Virus record (IMG/VR): IMGVR_UViG_3300037962_000344
Coordinates: 1-40,909 of that record
Source of the DNA: a virus
Taxonomy: Duplodnaviria; Caudoviricetes
Reading direction: 5' to 3' (one strand)
DNA: 40,909 nucleotides
The translations under genes and the position numbers were made by a program. Below are positions 27,068-36,100 of this stretch, in pieces (position 1 is the stretch's first letter; every line of letters begins with the position of its first letter). The notes beneath the pieces were generated by a model. That model was not told where the DNA came from. It did not search any database and saw only the letters and a list, made by a program, of their open reading frames with translations.

Positions 27068-27121
27068 GCTTGCGGCTTGACGCTTGCAGCTTGAAGCTTG
27101 CCGCTTGTAGCTTGGTCCTTG
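27068..27121 (+). repeat. GCTTGNN heptamer array (7 units plus a degenerate unit)
   Basis: GCTTG at 27068, 27075, 27082, 27089, 27096, 27103 and 27110. Confidence 0.9.
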
Positions 27122-27136
27122 TTGCTGGAGCCATCG

Positions 27137-27166
27137 CCAATGGCCCAGGTAAACCCGGGCCATTGG
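27137..27166 (-). terminator. GC-rich hairpin after the minus-strand gene
   Basis: CCAATGGCCCGGG/CCTGGGCCATTGG stem with a G-U pair on the minus strand; no clear U-tract. Confidence 0.45.
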
Positions 27167-27176
27167 TTGTCCTGGT

Positions 27177-27371
27177 CTACGACTCATTTCTGGTTACCGT
27201 AAATTCTTTGTTGATTTTGTTCAGGACGTAATTCATTGCAATCTGGCCAGCCAGTGATACTAACGCCTTCTCGCTGCCATGGTACCTGTCCAGGAAGCTT
27301 AAATACTCTTCCTCCGTTTCAGGGGTCCAGAACAAATTGCTTATTGTAAATTTAATTTTTTTCTTTTTCAT
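27177..27371 (-). CDS. Small hypothetical (early) protein
   Basis: 64 aa, SD GAAAGGA, has its own promoter. Confidence 0.7.
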   Translation of the reverse strand: MKKKKIKFTISNLFWTPETEEEYLSFLDRYHGSEKALVSLAGQIAMNYVLNKINKEFTVTRNES

Positions 27372-27391
27372 ATTTTTTCCTTTCTAAATTC

Positions 27392-27420
27392 ATCCTATAC
27401 CATCCCAGACCAGCTGTCAA
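27392..27420 (-). promoter_or_regulatory. Putative sigma70-type promoter
   Basis: TTGACA-N17-TAGGAT. Confidence 0.7.
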
Positions 27421-27422
27421 GC

Positions 27423-27462
27423 GCTTGCTGCTTGCTGCTTGCTGCTTGGTGCTTGAAGCTTC
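27423..27462 (+). repeat. GCTTGNN heptamer array (5 units plus a degenerate unit)
   Basis: GCTTG at 27423, 27430, 27437, 27444 and 27451. Confidence 0.9.
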
Positions 27463-27765
27463 CGGTACAGGTTAAGATCTTACTCTTTCACCCTTTCGGC
27501 GGAAGCTTGAAGCTACGGGGCTCAAGTGGTTAAGCGGGTATTACACTCCTATCAACCTGGCCAGGCATAAATTCTCATATGGTCCAGATCTTTTCAGTAG
27601 CATTGACCCTGGACAGCCCCATCCTTTCAGTTATTTTACAGCATCCAGTGAAGACGACGCAAGGAGCGTGGTGTGACACTGGACCTGTAAAATGAAAGTT
27701 TTTCTTTAGGTGCTCTCTAAAACTTACAAAAAAGACAGTAGTTTAAATGAGTAATTAAATAAACT
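27451..27765 (-). ncRNA. Candidate structured non-coding RNA of about 300 nt
   Basis: No ORF in the track; several long nested stems; G-U pairs and a GAAA tetraloop favour the minus strand; candidate upstream promoter. Confidence 0.55.
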
Positions 27766-27771
27766 ATATCC

Positions 27772-27810
27772 TATATAATGGTTGACATTCCCATTGTCAA
27801 GCATTATAAG
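27772..27810. promoter_or_regulatory. Palindromic pair of overlapping divergent promoters
   Basis: TATAATGGTTGACA-N7-TGTCAAGCATTATA (13/14 inverted match). Gives TTGACA-N17-TATAAG on + and TTGACA-N17-TATATA on -. Confidence 0.65.
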
Positions 27811-27835
27811 AATTTTAATGAAAGGAAATATAAAT

Positions 27836-28822
27836 ATGCAAAAACAAAAAAGAATAACACTTAACGCAGATAAGCGAAAAGTGATTGCTGATGTTTTCCA
27901 AAACCATTTTGAAGATAATTCAAAATTTAAGAAAGCATGGCAAGACGCAAAAGATAACTACACTAAATTACGACAACAAGCAAAAGTAAAAATGGAAGTG
28001 TTAGTTAGATCACACCACCCACAAGAAGATGTTGATACAATTCGTTCTATGATTAATAAGTATGGCGAAAGAAGTGGTGGACAACTCTATGAAGATAATT
28101 GTTTTCATGTTCAATCAAATGAAATGAAACTTGAAAAAGATTATCATGGCGACATGGTTGAAAGAGAACAAGATATTCATATCAAGTTTGATGACGACAA
28201 AGAGTTCTTAACTTCATGGTATCGTGATGAGATGAGAGCAAAAGACATTGACGCAGATTACAATGTCAGATTAGGCGACAACTACGACAAAAGAAATCCG
28301 ACTTATTATAATTCAGAAAGTCAAGTTAATAAATTTTTGGGTTATGGTAGTCGTAATGATGTAAGTGGTAATACTATGTACCCAAAAGATGAGTGGAATA
28401 ATGACTTTAAACTTTGGGTTATTGGTAGTGATTATTGTTCTAGTAGAAGATTTAAAACTGACCATGAAACTTATTTATGGTTTTGTAGTTTTAATAATGC
28501 TCAACAAGATGTAATCAAGTGTCATCAACAAATGTTTAACCATGTAAATAAAAAAATGGAAAAACTAAAACTAGGTTTGAAATCTTACAGATACTTTGAT
28601 CAAGCAAAAGAACTAGCTGACAAACTCGGTGTTGTTTTAAATGAAAGTATATTAGACGCACATTCTAGTATGGCTCTTTCAATTTATAGTCCGAGTAATT
28701 TAGCTGATCTTTTAACAGATGAAGTTGAACAAACTAGAGAGGAAAAAATAGCAATAGCCAAAAAGCTATTAGCAGAACAACAAATCAAGAATGAATATGA
28801 ACATTCAGATTTTGTAAATTAA
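27836..28822 (+). CDS. Hypothetical (early) protein
   Basis: True start probably ATG 27836 after SD GAAAGGA; 328 aa. Confidence 0.8.
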   Translation: MQKQKRITLNADKRKVIADVFQNHFEDNSKFKKAWQDAKDNYTKLRQQAKVKMEVLVRSHHPQEDVDTIRSMINKYGERSGGQLYEDNCFHVQSNEMKLEKDYHGDMVEREQDIHIKFDDDKEFLTSWYRDEMRAKDIDADYNVRLGDNYDKRNPTYYNSESQVNKFLGYGSRNDVSGNTMYPKDEWNNDFKLWVIGSDYCSSRRFKTDHETYLWFCSFNNAQQDVIKCHQQMFNHVNKKMEKLKLGLKSYRYFDQAKELADKLGVVLNESILDAHSSMALSIYSPSNLADLLTDEVEQTREEKIAIAKKLLAEQQIKNEYEHSDFVN

Positions 28823-28826
28823 GGGG

Positions 28827-28864
28827 TTGACTATGGGACAATCTTAATATAGGATTGTCCCATA
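28827..28864 (+). promoter_or_regulatory. Promoter overlapped by a 12-bp inverted repeat
   Basis: TTGACT-N17-TAGGAT; TATGGGACAATC/GATTGTCCCATA. Confidence 0.7.
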
Positions 28865-28882
28865 ACATAGAAAGGTAGAAAT

Positions 28883-29074
28883 ATGGAAAACAATACACAA
28901 TTTAAAATAACTTATTATTCTAATAAGGATAAAAAGCACATAACTAGAAATGGTAAATGGGACGACAAGTGCAGATATTGGACATCTAAAGTTGGTGCTA
29001 AATTAATGACATACTTTGATGAGGACGCACAAGGTTATAGAACTGCAAAAGGCAGTTGGAAAGTGAGGTTATAA
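28883..29074 (+). CDS. Small beta-rich hypothetical protein
   Basis: FKITYY...ITRNGKW...TYFDED.QGYRTA, a WYL/SH3-like pattern; SD GAAAGG. Confidence 0.7.
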   Translation: MENNTQFKITYYSNKDKKHITRNGKWDDKCRYWTSKVGAKLMTYFDEDAQGYRTAKGSWKVRL

Positions 29075-29075
29075 A

Positions 29076-29147
29076 ATGACAGACTTTGAATTTTATAGTT
29101 GCGTTTTCTTTTTTGGTTTAATTTTATTTTTGGGGGTATTAGCATGA
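29076..29147 (+). CDS. 23-aa hydrophobic peptide (not in ORF track)
   Basis: MTDFEFYSCVFFFGLILFLGVLA; SD GAGG; ATGA-coupled to the next gene. Confidence 0.5.
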   Translation: MTDFEFYSCVFFFGLILFLGVLA

Positions 29148-29473
29148 GCGACTTTAATTGGTGTCATGGTCCAAAGTGCCATACAAAACATACACAGGAT
29201 AGAGTGCGAGGTGTTAAGGGCTCTAAGGTTTTAAGAACTCGTAAAATAAAAGAAAACAATTGGAACAGAAATAATCTGTGGTCCCATTTTTGTAGTCAAG
29301 GTTGTTATACAGATTTTATGTATGCATATTGGGAAGAACAGATTGCATTGCACCCTAGAACCGAGTGCCTTGAAACACCTATTAATGTAACTAAAGAAAC
29401 AACCGATAATCCATATTGGGGCAGACGAGTTGAAACAAAAATAGAGGTTGACGAAACTAGGCAAATCGACTAG
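29144..29473 (+). CDS. Putative zinc-binding protein
   Basis: Start at ATG 29144; CHGPKC...FCSQGC, treble-clef-like. Confidence 0.7.
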   Translation: MSDFNWCHGPKCHTKHTQDRVRGVKGSKVLRTRKIKENNWNRNNLWSHFCSQGCYTDFMYAYWEEQIALHPRTECLETPINVTKETTDNPYWGRRVETKIEVDETRQID

Positions 29474-29476
29474 GAT
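29448..29476 (+). promoter_or_regulatory. Putative promoter
   Basis: TTGACG-N17-TAGGAT, followed by the inverted copy ATCCTA. Confidence 0.65.
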
Positions 29477-29502
29477 AATCCTATTAACAAGAAAGGTATA
29501 AT

Positions 29503-29808
29503 ATGGAACAAACAAAAACAAACACAGACGTCAGTGAATTTAAAATCATTGACGACGAGAAGAATACTCCGACACTTAAAGAGGCGCAGGACTTTGTAGG
29601 TGGTTTAGTTGAGTGTGTGACGTTTCCTAATGGAGACTTATTAATAGTAAACGAAGAGGGCAAGTTAATGAACTTACCTCTTAATCCCGAGGCAACTTTA
29701 CTTTGGAGAATGACATTCACTAAAGATAAGTATGTAACAGGATACGACGACTTTGTTGTAGGTCCTGCAATCTACATCAAGAAACATGCTCTAAAAAATT
29801 GGGCATAA
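29503..29808 (+). CDS. DUF3846-like protein
   Basis: LKEAQDFVGGLVE...LIVNEEGKL..LPLN..AT...VVGPA signature. Confidence 0.8.
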   Translation: MEQTKTNTDVSEFKIIDDEKNTPTLKEAQDFVGGLVECVTFPNGDLLIVNEEGKLMNLPLNPEATLLWRMTFTKDKYVTGYDDFVVGPAIYIKKHALKNWA

Positions 29809-29816
29809 CCTTTCTT

Positions 29817-29851
29817 CCCTGGTACCTCATCAGACTGTAGAGGTACCAGGG
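29817..29851. other. Perfect 12-bp inverted repeat upstream of terL
   Basis: CCCTGGTACCTC-N11-GAGGTACCAGGG. Confidence 0.7.
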
Positions 29852-29973
29852 CTCCCTGGAAATTTGAACTTTTTTATATAATCAATACACCTTTACACAA
29901 AAAGGGGTCCCAATATTTGACATTTATTGCGAGTTTTATAAATATGTAGTTAAGAAATACTTTGCGAATAAAA

Positions 29974-31455
29974 ATGAACCTAGACAAAGAAAAATTAAAA
30001 AATTTTGAAAAGCTTCCGGCTGATGTAAGACGTGAGTTCTCTTTGCTCATGAATCAATACGGCCAGAAGAAAAAAGAGTCCCATATCAAAAACGATTTTA
30101 TGAGTTTTGTAAAACATGTTTGGCCTGATTTTATAGAGGGGTCTCATCACAAGGAGGTAGCAAAAAAATTTAACGAAATTGCTGAAGGCAAAACAAAACG
30201 TGTCATTATCAATATGGCACCTAGACATACAAAATCTGAATTTGCTTCATACTTATTACCAGCATGGATGGTAGGTAGAAATCCAAAATTAAAAATTATT
30301 CAATCAACTAACACAACTGAATTATCTGTAAGGTTTGGTCGTAAAGCAAAAGCTTTGATGGACTCACCAGAATACAAAGAAGTTTTTAAAACAAGATTAA
30401 AAGAAGATAGTCAAGCTGCAGGTAAATGGGAAACACAACAAGGTGGTGAATACTATGCTGCTGGTGTTGGATCTGCAATTACAGGTCGTGGTGCCGATCT
30501 CTTGATTATTGATGATCCACATACTGAACAAGACGCCATGAATGCACAAGCATTAGACAGGACTTACGAGTGGTATACATCAGGTCCACGACAACGTTTA
30601 CAACCTGGTGGAACGATTGTAATTGTAATGACTCGTTGGAACGAAAAAGATTTAGCAGGTAGATTAATTTCTGCACAGAAAGAACCTAAAGCTGATCAAT
30701 GGGAGGTAATCGAGTTTCCTGCTATCATGCCATCCGGTAAACCCCTGTGGCCTGAATACTGGAACATAAAAGATTTAGAATCAGTCAAAGCTTCTATTCC
30801 AATGTCTAAATGGAATGCACAATATATGCAGAACCCAACTGCAGAAGAAGGATCACTAATTAAAAGAGAATGGTGGCAACATTGGGAGAAAGAAGAATTA
30901 CCTGCATTACAACATGTAATACAATCTTACGATACAGCTTTTATGAAAAAATCTTCTGCCGACTTCAGTGCGATAACGACATGGGGTGTGTTTACACCTG
31001 ATGAGGACTCTGGTCAGCATTTGATGTTAGTTGATTCTGTCAAAGGTCGTTATGAGTTTCCTGAGCTACGTCGTATTGCTCTTGAGCAGTATGGCTACTG
31101 GAAGCCTGAGACCGTAATCATTGAGTCTAAAGCATCAGGTCTACCACTAACTTATGAGTTGCGAAAGATGGGGATACCTGTTATAAATTTCTCACCTAGT
31201 AAAGGCAACGATAAGCACACTAGAGTTAACGCAGTTTCTCCGCTGTTTGAATCGGGGAGAATATGGGCGCCCAAAGAAATGGAGTTCGCGCAGGAAGTGA
31301 TTGAGGAATGTGCTGCTTTTCCTTTTGGAGATCACGATGACCTGGTGGATTCTATGACACAAGCAGTAATGAGATTTAGGCAAGGTGGCTTTCTTGAGCA
31401 TCCTGAAGACGCTCCTGATGAACCTCTGCCACAAAAACAAAGGACTTATTACTAA
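29974..31455 (+). CDS. terL: Terminase large subunit
   Basis: APRHTKS Walker A, LLIIDDP Walker B, MTRW coupling motif, nuclease motifs SYDTA, IESKASG and HDDLVDS. Confidence 0.95.
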   Translation: MNLDKEKLKNFEKLPADVRREFSLLMNQYGQKKKESHIKNDFMSFVKHVWPDFIEGSHHKEVAKKFNEIAEGKTKRVIINMAPRHTKSEFASYLLPAWMVGRNPKLKIIQSTNTTELSVRFGRKAKALMDSPEYKEVFKTRLKEDSQAAGKWETQQGGEYYAAGVGSAITGRGADLLIIDDPHTEQDAMNAQALDRTYEWYTSGPRQRLQPGGTIVIVMTRWNEKDLAGRLISAQKEPKADQWEVIEFPAIMPSGKPLWPEYWNIKDLESVKASIPMSKWNAQYMQNPTAEEGSLIKREWWQHWEKEELPALQHVIQSYDTAFMKKSSADFSAITTWGVFTPDEDSGQHLMLVDSVKGRYEFPELRRIALEQYGYWKPETVIIESKASGLPLTYELRKMGIPVINFSPSKGNDKHTRVNAVSPLFESGRIWAPKEMEFAQEVIEECAAFPFGDHDDLVDSMTQAVMRFRQGGFLEHPEDAPDEPLPQKQRTYY

Positions 31456-33101
31456 TGAGTAAACTCGATATTGCTAAATTTTTAATGTCTGCTTTTAACA
31501 TGGTTAAAAGAGGTGATATCAAATCAGAGCAAGATTTAATTAAATTCGCTAAACAACAGTTCGGGGATCTAGATTCAGGGCTCTTGGGTCAAATCAAAGA
31601 TATCTTTACCAAAGGTAAAGCTGCAGCGGTTACAGAAAAAAGAACTAAAGATATTATGGGAGGTGACATTACTGGTGACAAACGAGAGGGCCTACTTACT
31701 TTAGCAAAAGAGATTCAAGAAAATGTTAAAAAAATTAAAGAAATAGATAAAGAAATAGCTTTAAAACAGAAAGAAAATGAAGAACTCATGGATGCCATGA
31801 TGGGTTTTAGAAAACCAGAGGGATCAAAAGATCCAACTAAACCTTTTAGAACTCCTGGTATGGGTTTTAAAAAAGAGAATCCGGGTTACAGAACACCTGG
31901 TGGCAGCATGTATGCAGAAGGTAATTTAAGAACTGCAATGAGAGAATTTTTAAAAACAGAAGTAAAAGAAGGTAGATTAAAACTTGGTGAAAGAGATATG
32001 TTTAGAATTACAGAATACTCACCACTAACAGAAGATGACCCAATCGATGTATTTAGAAGATACTACGGAGAAGATGCATTAGAGGCTGCAAGTAACATGG
32101 CATCTAAATTAGAAAAAGGTACGTCATTTAAAAACTACGAAGAGATATTTAGAGCTAACATGCCTGAGTTAAAAATAAAAACAGAAGGTGCTGGTCAGTA
32201 CGATCAGTCAATTATAGATGCTGAAGCTGCTATGAAACAAGCAGCAGAGGATGAAAAGAATTTACAAAAACTAGAAGAGTTTGATGTTGAAGGTAGAACT
32301 AAAAATTCTAAAGGTGGTATCAATAGAGTTGGTTTTGCAAGAGGTAAAATAAAACTTGCACAGTTTTTATATGGTAAAGGTACAGACCTTGTTACAGAAA
32401 TTAGAAAAGCAGTTAACAACATTATGGAATCAGGCGACAGGAAAATAGACGCTGATGTAGCTGTCGATGACATGCTTGATGAATTTGGTATTGATAGAGA
32501 CGTAGTAGACCAAAAAGATATTTTAGAAGCTTATGATGAAGCATATAAAACATTAAGTATACCACCAGGATCACGTGGTGGACCTGAAGATATTGCTGCA
32601 CCGGTGCAGTCAGCAGAAGATGTAGCTACGTCAATAAAAAGAAACAAAGATAAACAAAAAGTAAGAAATGAAATGAAGGAAAAGTATGGTTTCACAGATG
32701 AAAAACTTGACGAGATTGAAAACACTCCAATAACTGCAGCCGATGAAAAAATGGCAGATGATTTAGTTAGAGAAACGGATTTACCAAAAAATGATTTAGT
32801 ATCTAGACAAATTAAAATTATGAATGCTGCAGACAGAATAAAACCAGGTCTTTTTGAAAACATAACAGAAGAACAAATAGATATTTTGGTTAAGTATGCA
32901 GATAGAATTGATGATGATCTTTTAAGAAATATTGTCTTAGACCCTGATCCAAATAACCGAGCAGCAGCGGTAGCTACACTAGAACAAGTAGATGCTTTAA
33001 TGAGTGAAGGAAAAAATATAGATGAGATTATGTCTATTTTACAAAGCACACCAAGAAGAAAACAAGCTGAAGGCGGACTAAGCTATTTGATGGGGATGTA
33101 A
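31455..33101 (+). CDS. Modular putative virion-internal protein
   Basis: 548 aa, helical and acidic; two halves, each ending in an R-x5-GG motif. Confidence 0.6.
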   Translation: MSKLDIAKFLMSAFNMVKRGDIKSEQDLIKFAKQQFGDLDSGLLGQIKDIFTKGKAAAVTEKRTKDIMGGDITGDKREGLLTLAKEIQENVKKIKEIDKEIALKQKENEELMDAMMGFRKPEGSKDPTKPFRTPGMGFKKENPGYRTPGGSMYAEGNLRTAMREFLKTEVKEGRLKLGERDMFRITEYSPLTEDDPIDVFRRYYGEDALEAASNMASKLEKGTSFKNYEEIFRANMPELKIKTEGAGQYDQSIIDAEAAMKQAAEDEKNLQKLEEFDVEGRTKNSKGGINRVGFARGKIKLAQFLYGKGTDLVTEIRKAVNNIMESGDRKIDADVAVDDMLDEFGIDRDVVDQKDILEAYDEAYKTLSIPPGSRGGPEDIAAPVQSAEDVATSIKRNKDKQKVRNEMKEKYGFTDEKLDEIENTPITAADEKMADDLVRETDLPKNDLVSRQIKIMNAADRIKPGLFENITEEQIDILVKYADRIDDDLLRNIVLDPDPNNRAAAVATLEQVDALMSEGKNIDEIMSILQSTPRRKQAEGGLSYLMGM

Positions 33102-36100
33102 TGAAGATAGCTCAATACAATGATATGATGAGTTATCTTACTCGTCCAGAGTTTAGTGATGGCAGTGGTAAAAAACCAACTACAATAGAAGACTTAAAAA
33201 AGTCAGGTAAGATTGTAACTGGTGATAAATATAAACCTAGTAATCCAAAATTAATTCAAGCGATAAGAGATTTTGAAATCAGACATGGTTTTAGAAAAAA
33301 GAATGATGCTGGTGGTCCACAAATTGTAGAACCATCAAAGTCAATGCAAGTAGATACTACAACACGTGGTCTACCTGATCCACTAGAAGAATTTAAAAAA
33401 CAAGCAGACATTTTTTTGCAAGCATCGTTTGCTTCAACGAATAAAGATTACTTCAACAGTTTAATTGAACAAGAATACAACAAGGCCCTTGATGCCGGAG
33501 TCCAGCCTCAAGAAGCACTAAGCTTTCTAAAAGAAAGAAGTCAAATGTATCGAACACTTGCTGAAGAAGGAAGAATGCAAGGTGAGCCTGCTATACTAGG
33601 ACCAAGTTACGGTAGAGACAATAAGGCGATCGGTGGTGGTGTTGTTGAAGGTGAAGACCTAGGTACAAGAGAAGGGTTTAATCAACCTAAAGATCCAAAC
33701 ATTGAATTTCCATTTAAACATTCAACAGGAGCTACTGATTATGGTATTGGTAGATTTAAAGATACAGGAAAATATTTTAGAAGAGTTGGTAGAAATAAAG
33801 CAGTTACTATACTTCAAGAAGAAGGAGAATCTTTAGAAGATTTTAAAAAAAGAAAAGGACCTAGAGTAGATAAAGCTTTTGATAAAACAATAACAACTAG
33901 ACAATATATAGATAACTGGACTAAAAATTGGTTAGATAATAATCTTCAAAAATATGGTGTAAGAGATTTTGATGTCATGTTAAATGACTTATCCAATGAT
34001 TGGCAGAATGAAATAGAAACAGGTAATGTTCCAGAACCAAAAAAGAATTTTAATTTATCAAGTCCTAAACTTAATTTACCTAATATAACAGCAAGTATAG
34101 ACGTTAGATCTAAAAAGTTAAGAACAGGTGAGTCAAGAGGTTTAAAGCCTTTTACATACGATGATATTACATTTTATAGAAGTGATGAAAGTTCTGAAGC
34201 GTTAAAAAATAAAACATTAGCTCAATGGAAAAAAATATTTTATAAAAATAAAATTTCAACTGATCCGGTATTAAGACAAGGGCTAAAAGAATTTTATGAT
34301 TTTATGGCTCAAGATAAATCAGGGCTATCTCAAAAAGGTGGTTTAACTATAAGAGATTTTCTTAGAACTAAAGTAAGTGATGATGTTCAATTTTTAATAG
34401 ATCGTGAGGCTTCAGGTTTAGATAAAGCTGCTAAAAAAGAAGTCTTTCATAGTTTTCCTGATCTTAAAAATAATTACGATATATTCACTGGAAGTAAAGC
34501 TAGATTAAAAGCTATTGAAAGAGAGACTGAAGGTAAAATAAAAGCTGGTGAAAAGACCTCTGCACAGACAGATGAATTAATAAAACAAATTAAAGCTCAA
34601 AACAAAATTGTAGCAGAGATGAAACCCGAAGAACTTTTGAAAGATAAAAAATTAATACAGAGTTTAAGATTGGTTATTAATTCACAAACAGGTCAAGTAA
34701 GTTTTGTAGGATACACAGAAAATGACCCTAGGGTAAATAAAAAAGGTGTAAAGAATGATTTAGAATTAGCTGAACATGCAATAGATAGAGCTAAAAAAGG
34801 TTCATTGTTTAGTTACGATCACATTTCAAAAAGATCGTTAGAAAAAATGAACACACAATTTCCTAATAATATTCAAGGGGCTAATTACATAACTAATACT
34901 CAAATGGAAAATGCAAAAAGATTTTTAGCAATACCTGCAAATAGAAATACACCAGCTGCACAAAATATAGATAAAGTTTTATCTGATTTAAATTTAACAG
35001 TTAGAGGAAAAGAATACGGTGGAACATATGGAAATAAAGAAAGTATTGTTTTTGATTCAAACACTAACAGATCAAATATTGTAGATAGTCAGTTAATTAA
35101 AAAAAATGTAATACCAGGAAGATTAGCAAAAGCGGCTGGACTAGCTGGCGTTTTATTTTCTACCGCTGCTTTTGGTAAAGAAAAAAGCACTTTACCGGAA
35201 GGTTCTCCTGGTCAAATAAATCAAGAAGACAAAAGTTTAATAGAAGAGTATCCACTTCTTACAGGAGCAGCTGCAGCGGCAACACCTTTAGCTACAAAGA
35301 CAGGAAGAAAAATTTATGGCGCTCTTGCTAAACCATTATTGAGAGCACTTGGTTCAGTGCCAGCTGCAACATATTTTGCAGGTCAAGAATTAACTAAAGA
35401 AGATCCTAACTATGCTATCGCGGGTGCAGAACTTTTATTACCTGAGTTAGGAAAAAGAATTCCTGGAAGCGGCACAGGTATTATGTCTAAGATAGGTAGG
35501 TTTGCATTAAACCCTATCGGAAGACTTGCAAGAGGTTTCACACCTATTGGTATAGGTTTACAAGGTGTAGAGTTAGTAAACCAAGCAATGAAAGAACAGA
35601 AAAGAATTAATGAGATGAGAGAAAATGATCCTGAAGCTTATCAACAATTTATTGCAGAACAAGAAGACATGATGAGAGAGTCTGCAGCGTATGGTGGAAG
35701 AATGAGTTTTGCAGAAGGACCAGAAGATCCTAGCAAAAGAAAGTTTATGAAGATTATGGGTGGACTTGCATCACTACCAATTATTGGAAGATTCTTTGAT
35801 GTAGCTAAAGAGGCTGCACCTGTTCTTGATGCAGTAAAAACTGAAGTAGCAAAAGGTAAACCTGAATGGTTTGATGCATTGGTTAATAAAGTAATTAGAG
35901 AAGGAACTGATATGACAAAACAGTTTGCAACTAAAGAAAGAGAAATAGTGCATGCAACAAAAATTTCTGATGATGAATATGTAAGAGTTGTACAAGATTT
36001 AGATGAGGGCACTGTTAGAGTTGAATATGAGAGTCCAGAAAACGTTTATGGTGACCAAGTAGTTTTAGAATATAAAAAACCATTACCTGATGAGGGAGAT

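Noticed and set aside
26184-27462. Heptamer arrays as a CRISPR array
   Set aside because: Units are 5 fixed plus 2 variable nt, with no 25-40 nt repeats or spacers and no cas genes.
27451-27700. tRNA, tmRNA or hammerhead ribozyme identity for the structured region
   Set aside because: GGGGCT/AGCCCC resembles an acceptor stem, but there is no T-arm or CCA end, and the CUGAAA segments do not match the hammerhead CUGANGA core.
27782-27835. Track start sites at 27782, 22481, 29099, 29962, 13933 and 40083
   Set aside because: They fall in promoter, RNA or other-gene sequence. Downstream starts with SD, translational coupling or an ATG codon fit better.
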